From Rhizodiscina lignyota (taxonomy: Eukaryota), in the NCBI GenBank assembly GCA_010015805.1, contig ML978124.1, positions 186,001-250,000 of the forward strand: a DNA stretch of 64,000 bases, given 5' to 3'. This document shows, piece after piece, positions 36,898 to 50,680 of the stretch. The translations under genes and the position numbers were made by a program. The stretch's first letter is position 1, and each line of letters opens with the position of its first letter. The notes below the pieces were generated by a model. The model did not search any database and had not been told where the DNA came from. It saw only the letters and a program-made list of their open reading frames with translations.

Positions 36898-37865
36898 ATG
36901 CCACCACCAAGGGGCTCATGGAATCCGCTCGAGGGTCCAGGTGAGAACATTCATATGCGATATAACATCCGCGACACAATCTGACTTCATTAGGCGACTA
37001 TGATGTGACTTCCTTCGTACATAACGACACTTACCCTGAAATCGATTCTACCAAGGCAAATCTTAAAGGAAAGGCCGTCTTTGTTGTTGGGGCCTCAAAA
37101 GGCATCGGCAAGGAAGTTGCCCTCTCCTTCGCCAGAGCTGGCGTATCTCATCTTGCCGTTGCCGCTAGATCGAAAGTCTCATCCATCAAAGACGAAATTC
37201 AATCAGTCGCAAAGGAAGCTGGCAAACAACCGCCACAGTTCTTACCGATAGATCTGGACATCACAAGTAAAAGCAGTGTCGACCACGCTGCTGAGGAGGT
37301 GGAGCAAGTATTCGGCCGTCTTGACATCCTCGTAAATGTTGCCGGAACCTTGGGACAGGCAGCAAAAATCGTCGATTCCGATCCAGACCAGTGGTGGAAT
37401 ACGTGGAACGTCAATCTCCGCGGGCCGTATCTCGTATGCCGTGCGTTTATTCCACTACTACTCAAAGGCGGCTTGAAGACAATCGTAAATGTCAGCAGTG
37501 TGGGTGCACACATAGTTCGTCCAACTTTGAACGCCTACCAACCGTCCAAGCTCGCAGTCCTTCGGTTCTCAGAGTTTGCGGCAAAGGAATATGCAGAAGA
37601 CGGTCTGATATGCTTTTCAGTACACCCTGGAAACATCGTAACAGATATATTATTGACTTCATTCGGAGGAATACCAAAGGGAATGGAGCACATTTTCGTG
37701 GATACACCGAGACTGCCCGCAGATTCAATTGTATTTCTGACAGGCGAGAGAAGAGACTGGCTGTCAGGCCGATATATCAACTGCACATGGGATATGCCTG
37801 AGTTGATTGCGAAGAAGGACGAGATAGTAGAAGGTGATAAGCTAAAAGTGCGGCTTATCTTCTGA
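36898..37865 (+). CDS. Short-chain dehydrogenase/reductase
   Basis: Exon 1 MPPPRGSWNPLEGP, intron 36941-36993; GASKGIG; DILVNVAG; NVSS; catalytic YQPSK; HPGNI. Confidence 0.92.
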
Positions 37866-38117
37866 AGCGGATATCATATAGATAACCCCAAGTTCCATGG
37901 GGATGATGGGATATTTCTTTGCGCCAACCGTAAATAGGTGCTAACCTTGGTAGTGGATTCAGCGAAACTCTTCTCCAGCACCCACAGTTGAACTTGCCTT
38001 TTTCCCTTCATTACTGTGGTGCTCTATCAATGCTTGGTTATATCAAGCTTCTGTGCTTTGCCTAAATCGGGTCTTGTTGCAAGACTAACAATATTATGTT
38101 TCCGATAGGGCATGATG

Positions 38118-38149
38118 TCCATGTCCCACGCAATCCATGTCCCACGCAA
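38118..38149. repeat. 16-bp direct tandem duplication
   Basis: tccatgtcccacgcaa twice. Confidence 0.85.
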
Positions 38150-38767
38150 TTTACCTTCGGCAGCCAATATTCCAGAGTCTACACTTGGAACGCGCCGAAT
38201 ACGAGGTGCGCAAGTTTCGCCGTCATGATTGGTGGCAGGGTGCAGAGTCGGCGCGTGCCGATGCATATAAAATTCCGTTTTCCGTCGGAACAAAATCTTC
38301 ATTCCTAACGTCGGGCCTTCTACACTAATCTATTCTAATCTACTTAGCATGTATTTATTGTAGTTAGAATTAGGCCCTAGGCGAGTGCCACTGATACTTC
38401 ACGCTTACCAATTCGCTCCCCCTTAAGTCTCCGTCGCATCTATACCCCAGCCTGATTGGTAGCCACTTTGAACTTCGCCGACCTGCAGGGGATGCAATAA
38501 TTAATGCTGGCCAGCAGCAACAGCCTTGTGCAAGGTCAAGTCAAGCAATGTAAAAACAGATCACAGCATGGCTCCGACTCGTCACAGCGCACAGTTCTTC
38601 TACCTTCGTTTAATGTCTATCTTCTCATAACTTACTCTATTCTTTTGAGGATTTCTTCTACAAAGATAAAACAACAAATTCGCTTTGATTGTTTACTTGC
38701 AGTCGCAGACCCACGTCTTTCTTTACCAATTGCTGAGCAGCAACGAAATCTTTCTGTCACTTATTCC

Positions 38768-41025
38768 ATGTCAAATATACCGCTCGATGAGAAAGATGGG
38801 GACTCGGCTCTTGACCCCCTGAAGGCACCAGATGCCATATCAGGACATTCGAACATAGGCTACATTGTCAGTAATTTTAGCAACGTAGACACTCTTCGTG
38901 GGTGCGACCCCGCGGCTGTGGACCATCGTTCTAATCTGCCGACATCTTCTCAGAATCTGCTTCGCGACGATATCACACCTCCCGGCACCGAGCCATTTGA
39001 GAACTCAAATGGAAGTGAACGTGCTCCACACACGGTTTGGGCGACTCTCAGAGCATGGGGGTTGGAAATATGCACTTGGGCTCTCGGCACAGGTGCATTG
39101 TTGGCCATCATCATATTGTTGGCCCATTTCAATGACAGACCTCTCGAGCAATGGAAGTCAAAGGTGGAATTCAATACCGTCGTTTCCGTGTTATCTCAAG
39201 TTGCGACGCCCGCACTACTTGTCTCGGTCCAGTCATGTCTTGGACAGTTAAAATGGATTCGATACCGGAAAAGAACAGCTCTGACTGCACTTGAAGTGTT
39301 TGACAAAGCCAGCCGCGGCCCTCAAGGAAGCTTTGAGCTGTTATGGGACATAATATGCCCAATCAACATTTTGCGTTCTCCAAGGTTTAGTCGAGTTGGA
39401 CGCTTGCACTATAGCCATCTTCCGGCATTGGGAGCTTTGATCACACTACTTATGCTGGCATTTCAACCTTTTGTTCAACAGTCGATCAAGACGCCAACTT
39501 CACGTCAAATAGAGTTCTACGGCGGTACAGTTGAGATCCCTCGCGCCATCAACTATCAAATCACAGTTGATCAGACGGAACTACCATTCATACGCAACAC
39601 TGCTGGTATGTATGATATCGTAACTGCAAATTTTTGTTCTAGAAATTTGTGCCCGCACAATGTTGCCTGTGCTAATTCGATGTTTTAGCTCAGGATATCG
39701 GGGTCGCAATGGAAGCAGCCATTAACGATGGACTGGGAAAGGACACCAACAGCATTTCTCAAGTGACAGGTGACTGTTGGTCGCAGAACTGCACATTCAA
39801 TCCGTATACGTCTCTGGCCTTCTGTTCCACTGTCGAAGATGTCTCTCCAACTATTATCACAAATTGCTCGATTCAGAATCCCAATATAACTACGAACTGC
39901 TGGTATACTCTGAAAGCACTTAACAATTCCGTAGAAAATACCGCCGAACATGGACAACCGCCTAGTTTCGACTGTGGCGCTGACCTCGATACTTTCATCG
40001 TCTCCTCAGTCGGCCGTGGAACTCTTGGGTCAGGATTAAATTTCTCTACCGAATCGGCGGAAATGGTGAAAATATACGTGATCTACGCGACCAATGAGTC
40101 GCTAACCAACGTTGGGAATGAGCACAATCCTGTGTGCAATGGTGCCGCGTTGGCTGCCTTGCAAGGCTCAATTCATCTGTGCCTGCAGACCTTTCAGACA
40201 AATATAACAGATGGGATAACTCATACACGCATAGTAGAGAGACACAACGGCCAAAACTGGAGCGTATCCCATTTCGGAAATGATGGTGATACTTTTACAA
40301 ACCATGTCAGTGGCGACACAACGACGTTCACGACCGATGCCAATGCACTGAATTCACTCGGCGATTATCTCGCGAAAGTAGTATTCAGTGGCTCTGCGAA
40401 TTTGGCTCTCCAATTCGGCGGGGATAATCTCGTCGATGCCGGCCTTGGACAGTTCTTATTATACGACTTTGTTGGAAAGGATTTAAAAAGCCTCAGCCGA
40501 AATCCATCGATCGACAATTTCAAAGCTCGTCTAAACAACGTTACTGTCGCAATGACTAATGCGTAATTCCGACATCTCTTGTTGATGAATTGTGCGAGTG
40601 ACTAACATATCCTTAGCCTTCGCGAACAGACTGAAAATGGTGGGACGAATCCCGTTTCCGGTATAGCTTATACGTCAAAGCAATATAGGCAGATCGACTT
40701 CCCTTGGCTGATCATACCTGGCGTCATTTGGGTACTAACAACATGGCTTCTCATCGCTACTATGATAAGAACTGGACAGAGGAGAGTGCCTCTGTGGAAA
40801 TCTTCGCCTCTAGCACTCTTATCTAGCCCGAAACTCCTGGACGGCTCAGATTCACTCAAAGGGATGGAAGCTGATGCAAAGAATATCAATGTGCAGTTAC
40901 AGAAAGAGGGTGGTAATTGGCAGCTAGAGAAAGTTAATGGAAGCAGAAGTTCAGGTTTTGCGCTTTCGAACCTTCCAGGCAACGGGCATGATGGTACAAT
41001 GCGGAGCAGACAATCGAACGGGTAA
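38768..41025 (+). CDS. DUF3176-type fungal membrane protein, 3 exons
   Basis: WGLEI...FNTVVSVLS...LGQLKW...FDKASRGPQGS; C-x-SQNCTFNPYTSLAFCS; C-terminal TM followed by WKSSPLALL. Introns at about 39606-39688 and 40563-40616. Confidence 0.8.
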
Positions 41026-41346
41026 GAGACGCAAATCTGTCGGCTATGGAAAAGAAGGCAATTAGCAAATGTTACTGAAAGAATACTGCATCTTTGAAGT
41101 TACCCTCAACAGTGTCGTGGGGACTCGGATATACATGATGCGATGCTCGGTACACGGCTTAGAGGACGAATGAACTAGATTTCGCTCGGTGATGATCCAG
41201 CACGATCTAATCAAAATCTCTCCGCGCGCGAGAGTTTCTGTCTTCCAGTGGCCGTCCTATATATCAATTACGCTTCCATACTCTTTTTCATCGTTGTATT
41301 GAACAAGGCCTCCTTAACGTCTATTCTCCGAGGGAACCTCCCTAAC

Positions 41347-43595
41347 TTATAGCTTACTCTTAACATTCTCACCGCCGACCGATCTGAACAGAACATCGCT
41401 GTTCGGATTAGAATCTATCGTGATGCCATTCAAAGGATTCAGTTCGCTCGCCCGATGGAACATATCTTCGTACACCTTCCCGTCGTAACGGCCAAGGCTG
41501 CTGTCAAGCTGGAAGTCGGAAATCCCCCACGCGTCGACTAAGCGCACGGCATGCGGTCGAATTTCCTTCATCAGTCGCATGATGGTTGTCCTCGATTGTT
41601 CGATTTGCCTCACCGTCACCGCACCCGAGAGGAGGAAATCACTAGACTCGCTGTCGAGGGTATGTAGCGTGTACAGCTGGAATAACTTGCGGAAGACGGC
41701 GGGTGTTTCGGTTCCCAGAGAGCCGGCTGTTTGAAGAGCGCTGAGGGATTCAAAGAAGTTCTTGACCACCAGGTACTGCGAATGTGCCTTGCTGAGGCGG
41801 TAAAAGTCAACGAGCAGGTCGTTCCATGCCATTTTCTGGTCATCTCGCTTCTTTAGCGCATCAAAGGTCATTGACGCTGCTCGCCATGCGAATGCTTGAA
41901 CAAGATCTGCATCGAAGTTGAGGACATCGAATACGGGAGCGGAATCGGAGCGAGAGCGGAAAGTGGTGAGGAAATTGGTTGTGTCATTGCTCGTTGATTC
42001 TCCGTTCAAAACCGCCCGAGCTGATTTGAGAAGCTGGCTTGCGTTAGAGTTCGCTGTAGCAAGAAGGCAATTCACCACTTACATATCGAGCAACTTGCTG
42101 CGTCAGCATGTAATTATCACCCTCCCATGTCGTTGTTGGCACGTAATCTGCATAGAAACCTCCCACGCCGCTGAAACTGGAGTACCCATGTCCGCCACAC
42201 GCTCTCCGGCAGACCTCGAGCCCCTCCGCAGCAGTATAGCTGGCAAGAGCTTTCAGTCCGCAAGACATTGCATGCAGATCCGGCAGCAGATCACCTTTCC
42301 CTGCATTCGCTTGCATGCTCTTTTGGTTCTCTTGGTACAGCTCCATCATGGCCTTGCCAGTAAAGTGGAGCCCAAAAGTCGCAGCGAGAAGCGGTAGTAG
42401 ACGATATTGCACCAATGTGTAGTTGAGCACTGGCATCTCTTCGACCACTGAATCTGGCGCATCCATATCGCGGAATTGTCGCCGTATAGCGCAATAGCGA
42501 ACTGCAATCGTGACACCCTTTGCGAGAGCCGCCCCGGCGTGCATCACAATAGTGCTTCGGATCCAGGTCAGAGTACCGTATACTAGCGACGGGGAGCTTG
42601 GGCGGATGTATTGATTAGTCTTTGGGTCTACTCGTGAAAACCTGTCTGAGGTTTAGCAGTGTCTCGCAAGCACGGGACGGAATACAGACCTCGCCAACAT
42701 GCTGACATGGGGAATTTTGACTTTATTGAAGAGGAGGAATCCATTGTCCATTGTGCTGTCACTGTCAGCGCCAATTTCCGAGTCCATTAAGGATAAGGAG
42801 GTCTTACTTGTAGCCGAACTTTGGTCCAATATCACCAATATGGATATTGTCAAGCGGAAGATGCGTTTTCAAGTCTCGTATTTGTACAACGAATGGATGT
42901 GGACCGCACGATTTTCCATCGACTATGAGCTGCGCCATCACAGCAGCATAATTGGCAGTACGTCCGAGCGTGCCTATCCACCACTTGGATGCGGTGAGAT
43001 ACGGTGAATGAAGAGTGAAAGTCTTGTCATCTGCATTCCACGTCGCGGTCGTCTCCAAGCCTCGGACATTTGAGCCATGACCGAGTTCCGTCTGTGCGTA
43101 GCATCCGATAATCTCATACTTCTCAGCTCTTTCGTAGAAAAGCTTGCGCTGCTCATCCGTACCCTGCTCGAGGAGGGTTTTCTGAATACAGTCAGTGAAA
43201 TATGCCGATAAGCGTAAAACCAAGCGACATACCAAGAACATGCCCTCATGTAGAGCATACGGTAAAGGCTCTCCAATCAACTCAGCAGCTATGCGGCGAT
43301 CTTCTTCTTTCCAACCATGTTTCACTACTAATCTTCGCAGTTTCTTCGCGCGAGCTAACGCCGTTTCAAATCTTTGGACGCGGCCATCGAACGCATTTTG
43401 CGACTTGTTAAACACAGGTTCGGATTGCAAGACTTGTAGAACATTGAACTTCCTTTCAATTGCCTCCCTGCCGAATAGGAATTCGGAGAGCGGTTCGATC
43501 GCCAACTTCGAGCTTGAACGCTCTTGCTGTAGTAATTCGTGCCCTTGTGGGCTGGAAGGCTGCAAGGCTTTCACCCAGTCTGGATTTCGCGACAT
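41347..43595 (-). CDS. POX1: Peroxisomal acyl-CoA oxidase
   Basis: GCYAQTELGHGSN, SKWWIG, GDIGPKFG, MDNGFL, CRRACGGHGY, catalytic TWEGDN; C-terminal PTS1 SKL; 4 introns. Confidence 0.95.
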
Positions 43596-44136
43596 TATGA
43601 GAATAGAGAATCGAGACAAGTCAGAGAGATATTGAAATGGCTTATCAGAAACAAAAATGGCAAATACATGAGGTATGTTCGATATGCTGGGATGAAGCCG
43701 TATCCCGAAAATCGCCTCGGCACGGCGGCCGCGTTCGGCGTTTCTGCTGGTCTCCTCCCTGCCTAAAAAGCCATACGGCCGATATTAGCCATGGCGACTT
43801 CATTCAGTTCATGCTTCAGTAAAATGATATTTTTATTATTACTGAAGCAAGTCGGCATAAAGACGACTGATACATGAGAAATGTCAGCATTTTGTAAAGC
43901 TGCCTTGAAAAGTCCCACTAGACAAAGAGATAACTCCATTTTCAAAGCCATCATCCGATTCAGTCTCAGCAATGTCATGCAAGACCCGTCAGCTAAGCCG
44001 GCATGCTAATATGGTCGAGAGAAATGGATAAAATAAACACAATAGAACGCCTCGCTATGCAAGCAATAATCGAAATTTGGGGTGTAAGGCGGCAATAGAC
44101 ATGAGCAACGCATGATCTTCGCAAAGAAGAACGAGG

Positions 44137-47100
44137 TCACATTACCTGGAAAACAGTGTCAGTACCGGGTAAAGCTAATAACAAAATCAATGGGCGATGT
44201 GATGACTCACCTCACCAATGGCCTGTGTACGGATCTGGCTGTTCATATGACTATTCCTGCTCACCCTGTAGTAGCTGTCCACGAAATCTCCGGGATTAAT
44301 TTGCCGCAAGAACTCTTCATCGTGCGTGATAACGATCAGCTGGAAGTTGTTTTGAGTTTTGCGGATTTTGATGATCTCTGCTAAGCTCTCTGCCAGCGCA
44401 TGAATATTGTCACGATCAAGATTCGTGGTGGGCTCGTCAAGCGCAATGACCCCACAGCTTGTACCGAAGCACTGCGCGAGTGCGAGACGAATAATGATGG
44501 ATGCAAGGACCTTCTGGCCGGCAGAGCAACGGCCGCGCATGTCCATCTCGGCGGTTTGCTTGACCATGCACACGCGATAGTTATAGGTGCGATTGCCCTT
44601 CTGCGTTTCGTTGTCTGCGCGGATCATGATCGTGTCCACGTCCGTGCCTTGATACGTCTTCTTCCACAGCTCTTCAATGATCTCATTAATCTGCCCCATC
44701 TTCAAAGCGTGAAATTTCATGATTGCTTTGTCCAACGCACCGGCATAGCAAGCAAGGTCCTCAGCGACGGCTTTGGTTGTCATGTATTTGATCCTCGCCT
44801 TACGATAATCGTCAGCTGCACCTTTACCATCGACGTCATAGTCTTTTATGAGTTCAGCAAGCTGAGCGTCTTTGCTAACAAGTGTACCGATAGTGCCAGC
44901 TATTTCGGCTTGCAATCGATTGTGTTCCATGTTCCATTTATTACCCTCTCTTGCGTAGCGATCACGATCTTCTTCTGCATTGTGTGATTGCAGCTCTTGA
45001 ATTTCCGCACGAACGGCCTGCAGGTCTCGCATGTTTTTGCGATAGCGTAGGTTGTCAGTGATTGCGCGCTTCGTCTCGTCTTGGTTTCGCAACTGGTCCT
45101 CGAGTTTCTTGATGTTCTTGGTGATGTGGAGTTTGTCCTGCTCAAGTCGAGCAATTTCATCCACCAAGTGCTGCACATCGCGCTGACCTCGATCGAGCTG
45201 CTGTTGGCCGCCACGATCTTCGTAAGCATTAATCTCTTGATCAGCAGTCTTGAGCTGATTGTGGCTGTCCGCGAGCTTCGATGCTTCCTGCTGCAGCTCT
45301 CTAACTCGTTCATCGCCGCGCTGCACGGCATCATCGAATTTCTCCTCGGCTTGAGCAACCTGTGGAGCGAGATCACGGATCTCCTGGTCGATGCGACGGA
45401 CAATGTCGCGCTGGTCATTATTGAGAGATTTGAATTCTTCAATCTGCCGTTGGAGGTTCGACTTTTCACGAAGTTGAAATTGCGCCTCGCTGAGCTTACT
45501 CCTCACGTCTCGGGCCTCAAGCTCCAAGGCGTTGATGGAGCCCTTGATCCGGTCACGCTCTGTAAGTAGTTGGGCAAGGTTCGCCTTCTTGGTTCGAGTC
45601 TGATCGTTGACCTTCCGAAGCTCCTCTTGGACCTGTTCAACATTGCGAAGCTGGCCTTGGTGCTTTTGCTTCTTTTGCAGCTCATTAATCTGCGTCTCGA
45701 AGGTTCCGATGTCCGATTGATACTTGACAATGTTCTGCACAGTTTTCTGCAGAGCTTCGATGTCCCGCCTAGCATCCACACGGTCCTTCACAAATTGGTC
45801 TTTCTCATCCGCCTTCGCGAGTAGTTCTTCCCTGGAGCGCTTAAAGCTTGCTAGCGCAGCATTCAAAGGGGGAATCTCGGTTTTCAGCCTACTCCAAGCG
45901 TCGTAGCTGGGCTGAGCGTCTTTTACTCTTGAAAGGTCCTTTTCAAGAGTTTCGATTGCCTCCAGAGCCATCCGTTCCATGGCTTTCTCAACCTGCTCCT
46001 GGAGTCGGGCAAAGAAAGCATCTTTCTCTTTGCCTGGCTTGAACGGACGCAGACATGTCCGGCACATATTATGGTCTTCGAGCGTCTTGATACAGTTGGT
46101 ATAGTGATCTCGCATGACCTCGTAGCTTCTCGAGTCGCCATACACTCCGTCACGGCCTTCCTGAAGATGATCAAGCACCTCCTGAAAATCGGTCGCATCA
46201 TCGCGCTCAATTGCCGCCTTCACACGCTTTTCTGCAGCTGCGGCTTCTCCGACTCTCCCCTTAAGCTCATTCTGACACGTGGACAGCTTGAAGTCAAGGT
46301 GCTCCAGCTCACGACCGATGCCATCGCGCTGCGCCTCGGCCTCACGAACATCTGCAGTCTTCGCTTCCAGGACATTGTTGTAGTCTCGCTCCAGTGTGTC
46401 GATGCTCCAGCTATCACCCAAAGCACGGGAAAATTTTGAGCCATGTGCACCAGTCATCGTAGCAATACGCTGTTCGCAGTCCTTAAGGTTGTTCCTCAGT
46501 ATGTTCAGTTGTGCGGTTTCCTCAACTTGGGCAACGACTTCTCCGACTTCCGCATCTAGTTTCTCTTTTTGGTCTTCCAAGGATCGCAAAATTGCCTCCG
46601 CCTCTTGGACCTTCTCTTCCCAATTAGCCGCGTCAAAGTCGGTTTTCGTCTTGGACAATTTTCGCTCAACGTCATCAATTGTCGATTCCAGGATAGCTTT
46701 GCCACCCTCGTCAATTTCAATCTTGTCGAGGTCTGCTTGCAAGGTTGAGATTTTGTCATCGTTTTTTGAAATCTGGGTGCGGGAATTGTCCTTGTTCTGA
46801 TTGAGGACAGATTTCCGATTGTGCAAGTCATTCAGTGTTCGCTGGGCGGCTTGAGTCTCCTCTTGTGACTCCTGCCTTGCTTTCTCGAATGCGCGGTTCT
46901 GGTCTCTCGCCATTCGGCCGATGCGCTCCATGAAGTCCCGAACATGGTCTTCAGTGATCTCAAGGTCAAAACCGCGGATTCCGTGTCGCCTCGACGTGTC
47001 CTTGATCAGCTCGGCCCGATATTGTAACTGCTGCTCGTATTGATCCTTTTGCGCTTGGTATTTTCCGAGCTCGCTTTGCTTTAGGCCCATGTCCTTGCGA

Positions 47101-48436
47101 CAGTTCTCTACTTCTTGCATGAGGCTGTTGTAACCCTTCCGCAACTCCTCTCCTTCATCCCGGATAATTCTCATTCGCTCTTCGTAGCGCTCAAGAATTG
47201 ATTGGAGCTCTTCATCCGTGTCAGCCATCTCTTTCATATGCTCTTTCAAATCCATCACGTTGCTCTCGATGCTAGTCGCCTCGATGCGCTTGCCTTCGAG
47301 CTTTGCCACAATGGACTCAAAGCGGGAATGACGACTCCAGGCGAGCTCTCCTTTCTCGGCGACAATTTTCACTTCCGCCTTCAATTCGGCAATCTTAGTT
47401 CGGAGTTCGTCGCCTTCGTCCTGAAGCACAGCTTGGCGTTTCTCCGACTAGACGTAAAAAAATGTAATGTTAGCCATTTCAGGATGTATAGTAAAGCACT
47501 GAAGCACTGCACCTTCTCTGCTCTATCTTTATCCTCCTTCCTATGCATCTCATCTCTTCTCAATATCTCAAGCTCTTCAGTTTGCTTCTTCCTCAAGACT
47601 TTGAGGTTCTCGATCGCCTTGGTATACTTGTGCGCTTCAAAGATCTCGTCAAATCGCTTCTTGAGCGTAGTGGAGTCACTGAGGGGCCATAAACTGTCTT
47701 CCTGGTGACAGAAGATGACGTATTCGAGAACGGCTTTCGATACTCCCAGATACTGAGGCATGATCTGATCGAGCTCTGCGACGCGCGAAGAGATGGTGGT
47801 TGTCTCTCCATTCTTCTCAATCTTAAGAGTTCCTTCTAAAGTCTTTTGTGACCTGCTGGTCTTCTTAACTTGTACCTCGAGACGGCGCTGCAGGGTCATC
47901 TGCGCGCCCGTCGTAGAGCTGAATTTGAGCGCCACTCTAGCATTCACCACTTTTTCTCCAGTGAGCTGTTGGAGTCAGTATTTATATATTAAGGCCTGAT
48001 AGTATGTCTTACAGAAGGATCGTAAATGAATGCACCGCCGGTCTTGCTGTTGTTCGGAAGATCGCCTGTAGTGGCATACTTGAGACATTCAATGATTGTC
48101 TGTAGAGTATCAGAAACGCGTATATTGTTTTGTTAGCGCCGATGTAGCATACCGTCTTGCCAGAGCCATTATAACCAACGATCAGCGTCAGCGGAGTGAA
48201 GAACCGAATAGTCTCGCCCTGGTTGGGGGCGAACGATCGTATGCTATCCATCGTAAGCCAAAATTTCAAACTTCAACTGAATACCACATACCCTGAAATT
48301 TGGAGCTTCTCTATCTTCGCTATAGAGTTGTCAGCAATACTAATAGCCACACGAAGACAGCATCGTCGCGAACATACACCTGCATTTCAAGGTCAGCAAG
48401 CTCAAAGGTAAACGTCATGAATATGCGCACTCACAT
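44137..48436 (-). CDS. RAD50: DNA repair protein Rad50 (MRN complex)
   Basis: Spliced N-terminus [15 protein letters not shown]; Walker [10 protein letters not shown]-loop FCHQE; coiled coils with zinc hook CRTC; signature CSAGQK; Walker B IALDEPT; ITHD. Final mini-exon encodes VM-stop at 44145-44137. Confidence 0.97.
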
Positions 48437-48538
48437 CTTGGGCAACCCCCACCGCGTCTCTCACTACTCGAATCTTTGCGTTGTGTCTAAGCAAGGTGTG
48501 GTGGTGGAGAAGAGAGAGTAAAGGCTGCCTTTGCCTGA

Positions 48539-48596
48539 ACGCGTTTGAAGGTTGTAGTGGGGTTGGTGGTCCGAGCGCACATCACGAATTCACGTG
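48539..48596. promoter_or_regulatory. Candidate MCB (ACGCGT, 48539-48544) and E-box (CACGTG, 48591-48596) in the RAD50/wc-2 divergent intergenic region
   Basis: Exact hexamers 100-160 bp upstream of the RAD50 ATG. MCB elements are typical of fungal G1/S repair genes, but hexamers also occur by chance. Confidence 0.35.
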
Positions 48597-48772
48597 CGTG
48601 TAATTAAAGAAAGCTAGTCCTAATATAGACCAATTAGTTTGTAATTTAAATGCCAGTTACAACACAATGCAGATGATGCAGCAAACCCCAGCGGGTGTTG
48701 TGCTCCACTCACGGTCTGGAACCTCCATCCATCAAGCCACCCCATGTTGCAAATGAGCAGGACGTTGCTAAG

Positions 48773-50680
48773 ATGTATCAGAATGGAGCAGCACAGGTAC
48801 GTTCCTTACCGCTTCGATCGTATCATTACCACCAAGGCACCACCGAGGCCTGCGACGCATGTAATCGCGGCCGCTGTGCGTCTTGAGGCATTTGTTACTG
48901 CATGAGGCATTCCATACGGGATGCCGCATCTCGCATGCCTCCAGGAAGAGTGGGCTGACCGCGTCCTCCTCATGATGTAGTTCTCTGGGCTGCCGCCAGA
49001 CCTCATGGACACATCCGGCATGGCGGATACGTTGGGAGACATTAACATGGACATGGACATGACCATGGACTTCTCCCTTCCTTCGACCTCTACTTCCTTC
49101 GCACCCATCGCCGCCGCACCACTACCTGCTACCACGAATGCTACACCTATCCCCCCACAACAGCCCTATTCAACGACATCGGAGTCCGCAGACGCCTTTG
49201 GACATGCGACGTCGAATATTACTCCTCTCCCAACCTCAACCACCGCAAGCGCGGATCAGCAGATCGACCCGAATGCAATCGGAGGTGGCCCACTCCCAGC
49301 CGGTTTCGACCTTACAGCTGGAACGCAGAGTGGCAATGGCGTAACGGGCAGCACTCTCACAGACTTTACAAAGCGGCGAAACTGGTCTCAGAGAGTATTG
49401 GAGGAGTTGAGAGATTTTCTTCACATACTCACACCTGAAGGTCGAATACTATATTGCTCACCGTCAACAAAGGCCCTTACGGGATACGAATCAGTAGAGA
49501 TTGTTGGCAGATTTATAGGCGATTTCATACACCCCGACGACAGCGGCTTGTTCATTGTTGAATTCAACGAGGCGATAGCAAGTGGCAATCCACTCCGTTT
49601 CTTCTACAGATTCCGCCGCAAAGATGGCAGCTATGGCATCTTCGAAGCACACGGCCATCCCCACCTTTCCTCCGAAGTCGCTGCTTTCGGTAGCTTAAGC
49701 GGCACTGCTGGTGCAGCAATTGGCGGCCAGGGTTTCTGCCGGGGATTCTTTATGATGAGCCGGCCATACCCAACCAAGAATGCTGGGATGCTAGACAGCT
49801 TTCTGGAGCACAAGATAGAGAATGAGCGTCTGACAAAGCGTATAGCCGAGCTACGAAGGGAAGAAGCGGAAGAGAACGAGGCTGCCGAGAGACACTGGCA
49901 GCATAGGCAAGATGGCGGACCAGAGAGCAGCATAACTGCATCGGAGACACACCGTACAGATGCGCGAACAGGGACGGACAGCGAAATTGTCAGCATCTCC
50001 GGTGCTATGGGAGTAGGCGTTGGCGGCCCAGTCATGGGCGTTGAGAAGCTGGCGCAGGAACAGAGGGACAAGGCATACAGAGAAATGCCACCTCCGGCAA
50101 AACCTGCAATATCTAATACCGCGCTGACGCGACAGAACTTGGACGAAGCTCTCGCGGCGACCAAAGCGGACAGCATCAATGATAAGATGGCGCGATACGA
50201 GGGCTTGTCGAATCACTACGACGGTATCGAAATGCTCACTGGCTTGCGATATCGCGATGGTGAGCGGAGTAAAGGCATATCAACTGGCGATACCAGTCCT
50301 CATCTTATTCGTGGAGATGTTGGCATTGCAATTTTGGCTGATCGAGATAGATCTGGCAAAGAGAGCAAGACCAACAGCAGCAAGAAGCTGAAAGTAGCAG
50401 ACGAGTATGTGTGCACTGATTGTGGGACACTTGATTCTCCGGAATGGAGAAAGGGTCCTAATGGACCGAAGACCTTGTGCAATGCGTGTGGTTGTAAGTT
50501 CGGCCGTTGCTACGAGCTATCATTAGCCAAGGAACTGGACATCGGGGCTAACCTTTCATAGTGCGATGGGCGAAGAAGGAAAAGAAACGTCAAAGCCAGA
50601 GCGCTGGAGCCACTGGGCCTGGTGGAGGCATGCATGCACCACCCTCATTGTCGATGCATGCGAGCACGGGAAGTGGATAA
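48773..50680 (+). CDS. wc-2: White collar-2 / LreB PAS-GATA transcription factor
   Basis: [18 protein letters not shown] domain (FIHPDD); [12 protein letters not shown] finger CTDC-x18-CNAC|GLRWAK across intron 50494-50561. Probable exon 1 MYQNGAAQ with intron 48797-48980. Confidence 0.93.

Noticed and set aside
44400..47708. Several plus-strand ORFs of 120-195 aa
   Set aside because: Antisense shadows of RAD50 coiled-coil codons.
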